Assembly (NCBI GenBank): GCA_013203355.1 | Contig: JABMQH010000181.1 | Location: 1-51,209 of the forward strand | DNA: 51,209 nucleotides | Direction of reading: 5' to 3' | Source of the DNA: Candidatus Omnitrophota bacterium | GTDB taxonomy: Bacteria > Omnitrophota > Gorgyraeia > JABMQH01 | Shown here: one piece after another, positions 47,883 to 51,209 of the stretch | How positions within the stretch are numbered: position 1 is the stretch's first letter | Layout: every line of letters starts with the position of its first letter | Position numbers and translations under genes: made by a program | The notes under the pieces: generated by a model | Told to the model about the DNA's origin: nothing | The model's database searches: none | What the model saw: the letters and a program-made list of their open reading frames with translations, nothing else

Positions 47883-49535
47883 ATGAAAGACGTAGTCTTT
47901 GGATTAGTCGGCGGTTTAGGCCTTTTCCTTTTCGGAATGAAATACCTCTCTGACGGCTTGCAAAAAGTCGCAGGGGTCAAACTCCGCAGGATCCTCCGTT
48001 CACTTACGCAAAATAGGATAAGAGGCGTAACGCTTGGGGCCGTTGTCACCAGCATTGTGCAAAGCAGCAGCGTTACTACTGTCATGCTCGCCGGGCTGAT
48101 CAACGCCGGGATCATAAGCCTCATGCAATCGGCAAGTGTTGTAATAGGCGCCAATATCGGCACCACGATCACCGCCCAGATCATCGCCTTCAAGATATCC
48201 AAATATGCACTGCCCGCCATAGGCCTTGGCGTAGCCATGATACTCGTCCCCAAAAGAAAAAGGACGCAATTTTGGGGGCAGGTAATATTGTCCTTCGGTA
48301 TTATCTTCCTGGGGTTATCAATTATGTCAGGAGTAATGAAGCCCTTAAAAGATATACCCGTAGTAACCAGCTTCTTTTTGAATTTAGGTGCTAAGCCTCT
48401 ATTGCCGATATTGATGGGAGTTATCTTTACTGTGGCGGTTCAATCAAGCAGCGCTGCCATTGGTATGATATTGGCCTTAGCTAGTGTGGGCTTAATCGAT
48501 TTCAGGGCTTCTGTTTACCTTATTTTAGGAACCAACATAGGCACAACCGTAACCGCCTGGCTTGCAAGTATAGGAAGCAGTATCTCTACCAGGAGGATGG
48601 CTTGTTTTCACAGTATTTTTAATATAGTTGGGGTATTGTATTTCGCGGCACTGGTCTATGCGGGAACCTATACGCGTTTTATTGATTTCATCACTCCCGG
48701 CGCTATCACCACTGATAACATTGCCCGTCATATAGCAAATGCCCATACTTTCTTCAATATATTCAATGCCATACTTTTCGTGCTCATTATGGCTCCTGTA
48801 GTAAAACTAACTCAATTAATTATACCCGGCAAAGATATTTATGTTTCAAGCGAATTCAAATACCTGCAGGACAGCCTGCTCTCCACACCAGAAATTGCTG
48901 TTGAAAGCACCAAAAAAGAATTACTCGCAATGGCGGAAATGGTTTATAAAACTATAAAAACTGCAATGGACGGATTTTTTAATAAGGATAAGCGCACTAT
49001 CCCCCATGTCCAAACACAGGAAAGTGCCATTGACCAACTGCAGCATGACATTACGTTTTATCTTACAAAATTATCCGCTCAACAACTCACCCCTGAGCTC
49101 AGCGAACAATTACCGCCGCTTTTGCACTCTATCAACGACTTAGAAAGGATCTCTGACCACGCGGTCAATATAGCCGAGCTTACCGAAAAGATATCCACGG
49201 ACCAACTTCCGTTCTCAAATAACGCTCAAGCCGAAATGCGAACCATGTATGCCAAGGTAGAGGATATGTTTGAAAAAACCTTGCAGGTTATGAAAAACGG
49301 TGATCTGACCGCTGCGGACAGGGTTATATATAATGAATCGGAGATAAATTCAATGCAGAAGGTATATACAGAACAGCACACCAGGAGGTTATGTGAAAGA
49401 AAATGCAATCCTTCGAGTGCCCTTGTCTTCGTAGATTTGGTAAATAACCTGGAAAAAATCGCCGACCACCTCACTAATGTCACCCAGGCGGCCCGCCGCG
49501 GATTCTCATTCAGCAAAGAGACCCCAAGCCAGTAA
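47883..49535 (+). CDS. Na/Pi cotransporter family protein with C-terminal PhoU-like repeats
   Basis: Duplicated QSSSVTT...GANIGTTITA and QSSSAAI...GTNIGTTVTA motifs. C-terminal LERISDHAVNIA and LEKIADHLTNV PhoU-type helices. Confidence 0.9.
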   Translation: MKDVVFGLVGGLGLFLFGMKYLSDGLQKVAGVKLRRILRSLTQNRIRGVTLGAVVTSIVQSSSVTTVMLAGLINAGIISLMQSASVVIGANIGTTITAQIIAFKISKYALPAIGLGVAMILVPKRKRTQFWGQVILSFGIIFLGLSIMSGVMKPLKDIPVVTSFFLNLGAKPLLPILMGVIFTVAVQSSSAAIGMILALASVGLIDFRASVYLILGTNIGTTVTAWLASIGSSISTRRMACFHSIFNIVGVLYFAALVYAGTYTRFIDFITPGAITTDNIARHIANAHTFFNIFNAILFVLIMAPVVKLTQLIIPGKDIYVSSEFKYLQDSLLSTPEIAVESTKKELLAMAEMVYKTIKTAMDGFFNKDKRTIPHVQTQESAIDQLQHDITFYLTKLSAQQLTPELSEQLPPLLHSINDLERISDHAVNIAELTEKISTDQLPFSNNAQAEMRTMYAKVEDMFEKTLQVMKNGDLTAADRVIYNESEINSMQKVYTEQHTRRLCERKCNPSSALVFVDLVNNLEKIADHLTNVTQAARRGFSFSKETPSQ

Positions 49536-49597
49536 AACATCTCAAACAATTATATATTCAATAGAACTTATTGGAAGGTACTACGGAGTGTCTTAAG

Positions 49598-50461
49598 CTA
49601 TTCCCTAGATACAGAAAAGCTATCCAGGATATTTAGATCCCTATCGTAAACGCTGCATTCAAGATCATCACCTGTATTTATAATCTTGCAAAAATGGTAA
49701 TCCTTAATAAATACCTTACACTCATCACTCGCGGCTGTTCTATCATGCAGAGGAGCGCCTCCTCCCCCTGCTATAATATAAAATATGCCGTTATGCAGTA
49801 TCCTCTGATAATTATGGTCGTGGCCGCTAAAAACAACCCTTACGCCATATTTCTCAAACAAAGCCGTAAGGGACGATCTGGATCTGATTTTCTCTGCCTG
49901 TCTTGCTTTTTTACCTACGCTGAATAGCGGATAGTGAAGCATAGTTATAATAAAGTCGTACTTCCCCTGGCTCCTTTTGAGATTATCTTTCAGCCAGCGA
50001 TATTGCCGGGAATCGACCTTAAGGGAAAGGGTGCTGTCTAAAATGATGAAATGCATATTATCAACATCCACATCATACCAACGTTTATTTTTTGGTATTT
50101 TAAAAAAATCAAAGAAGATGGCGTCTCTAGTCCCTTTTTCTTTTTTTGGTACATCATGATTACCTACCGCAGGGTAAAATTTTGCTTTTTTCTTTAGTCT
50201 CTCTACGATACCGGCAAAAACAGCCCATTCTTCCTTGTCGTCAGGCTTAGTGACACAATCACCTGTATGAAAGATTACATCCGGTTCCAGCTTAAGCATT
50301 GTATCTGCGATCTCCTCGTGAATATCCTGATGGGTCCTCGTATCTCCGTATACAAGAATTGTCGCAGGCGTAGAATCTTTATCAGCATATATACTTTTAC
50401 CGCTGCAAAATATAAGCGCCAGTAAAAAAATTAGTGCTAGATTACTTATGCGTTTAATCAT
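49598..50461 (-). CDS. Secreted calcineurin-like metallophosphoesterase
   Basis: Signal peptide, plus the GDTR, GD, GNHD and GHDHNYQR metal-binding motifs. Confidence 0.8.
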   Translation of the reverse strand: MIKRISNLALIFLLALIFCSGKSIYADKDSTPATILVYGDTRTHQDIHEEIADTMLKLEPDVIFHTGDCVTKPDDKEEWAVFAGIVERLKKKAKFYPAVGNHDVPKKEKGTRDAIFFDFFKIPKNKRWYDVDVDNMHFIILDSTLSLKVDSRQYRWLKDNLKRSQGKYDFIITMLHYPLFSVGKKARQAEKIRSRSSLTALFEKYGVRVVFSGHDHNYQRILHNGIFYIIAGGGGAPLHDRTAASDECKVFIKDYHFCKIINTGDDLECSVYDRDLNILDSFSVSRE

Positions 50462-51117
50462 CTTAGTCTCCTTGATATGCGAAGCAAACGAAGGAATCGT
50501 TTACTAAACTTAAATATCTGGTCATTAATTACTCTGGAAACAAAAGGCACTTTTCTTACATCGAAGAGTTGGCATGTATCAAGGGTGGCCTCTTTAAAGG
50601 TTGTCGGTTTCCTGGCTTTAACAAAGACGCCGGGTTCGATAGGATCAGGTTCCAGTAATTCGATTTCACAGTCAGAAAAAATCTTTCTCATATCATTGGC
50701 AGTGAAACGCCAGTAATCATCAGGAAAGCCATGGCGGGGAAATTTAATAGAGCGTGTCGTAATAAGTATCAAGCCGCCTCTTTTCACCACGCTCTTGAAA
50801 TTATGTATGGCCTTCCTCCAGTCTTCAATATGTTCTAATAATTCGGTGTTGATCAGAACATCGAAAGACTCCTGTCCAAATTCTTTCAAAATATCATTGG
50901 CGTCCATTATGCGGTCCACGCAAGGCCTTTGTTTATGTTTAACGTGATCACAAGCCTTCAAGTCAATACCTATATATTCGCCGGGACGATAACTCTCGGC
51001 TAGAGAGCGAAGGCTGCCGTTAACATCATAAGAGCCGACCTCCAGGACCCTCTTGCCCCTTATGTCGGCTTCTTTTAATGCCTTTCTTCCGAAATCAATG
51101 CACGCCTTATTACACAT
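50458..51117 (-). CDS. Class I SAM-dependent methyltransferase
   Basis: VLEVGSYDVNGS (motif I-like), ELLEHIEDW and GGLILITT. ATGA overlap with the downstream phosphoesterase gene. Confidence 0.7.
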   Translation of the reverse strand: MCNKACIDFGRKALKEADIRGKRVLEVGSYDVNGSLRSLAESYRPGEYIGIDLKACDHVKHKQRPCVDRIMDANDILKEFGQESFDVLINTELLEHIEDWRKAIHNFKSVVKRGGLILITTRSIKFPRHGFPDDYWRFTANDMRKIFSDCEIELLEPDPIEPGVFVKARKPTTFKEATLDTCQLFDVRKVPFVSRVINDQIFKFSKRFLRLLRISRRLR

Positions 51118-51149
51118 TATTCATAACGCCTTCCCTATAAAAATAAAAT

Positions 51150-51209
51150 GGGGTGGATGACGGGATTCGGTTACTACGGCCTCGCTGATTGCTCGTCCTG
51201 CGTAACCTC
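51150..51209 (+). ncRNA. Possible 5' end of a structured RNA (tmRNA-like start), truncated by the window edge
   Basis: GGGGTGG-ATGACG-GGATTCGGT resembles the tmRNA 5' consensus GGGGnnG-n5-GGAUUCGAC (E. coli: GGGGCUGAUUCUGGAUUCGAC). An A/T-rich -10-like TATAAA lies at 51136-51141. Only 60 nt are visible. Confidence 0.3.

Overview
This 51.2-kb window is a very densely packed housekeeping region from what looks like a streamlined, uncultivated bacterium. I call 56 CDS. All lie on the minus strand except four: an NSS transporter with its micro-ORF at 13987-15650, and cstA plus a Na/Pi transporter at 46091-49535. Many junctions are overlapping or only a few nt apart (ATGA/GTGA type).

Gene content by theme:
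- Purine and GMP synthesis: purH, purF, purL, guaA.
- Folate: folE, folC.
- dNTP metabolism: class II RNR nrdJ with tandem NrdR boxes, a divergent ThyA-family enzyme, and a dCTP-deaminase/dUTPase-like protein.
- A complete biotin operon, bioB-bioF-bioH-bioC-bioD::bioA, with a BirA-type operator.
- tRNA/rRNA modification: mnmE, mnmG, a QueG-like protein, ttcA, rlmN, an RluA-family synthase, and cca.
- Base-excision repair: ogg, nth, and a standalone LigD-type 3'-phosphoesterase.
- Envelope and secreted proteins, and transporters (LeuT-like NSS, CstA, Na/Pi-PhoU).

I found no rRNA, tRNA, CRISPR array, transposase/integrase or recognisable defence genes. I do not see a convincing novel multi-gene system, and most of the window is ordinary core genome.

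The observations most worth follow-up:
1. A 36-nt hairpin element present twice, plus a partial inverted copy that allows mutually exclusive pairings over the start of the DUF212 gene.
2. Terminator-like hairpin plus T-tract structures that abut the SD-less start codons of guaA and mnmG. The guaA one sits downstream of a near-consensus promoter.
3. A small membrane protein with a single KtrB/TrkH-like pore loop fused to an RCK_C domain.
4. DUF763 with a helix-hairpin-helix motif, and an nth-PE repair pair.
5. A fused BioD-BioA.
6. An unannotated 35-aa MetS-like micro-ORF coupled to the NSS transporter.
7. A possible tmRNA-like 5' end cut by the right window edge.

All functional calls come from motif recognition by eye. 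None were checked against a database.
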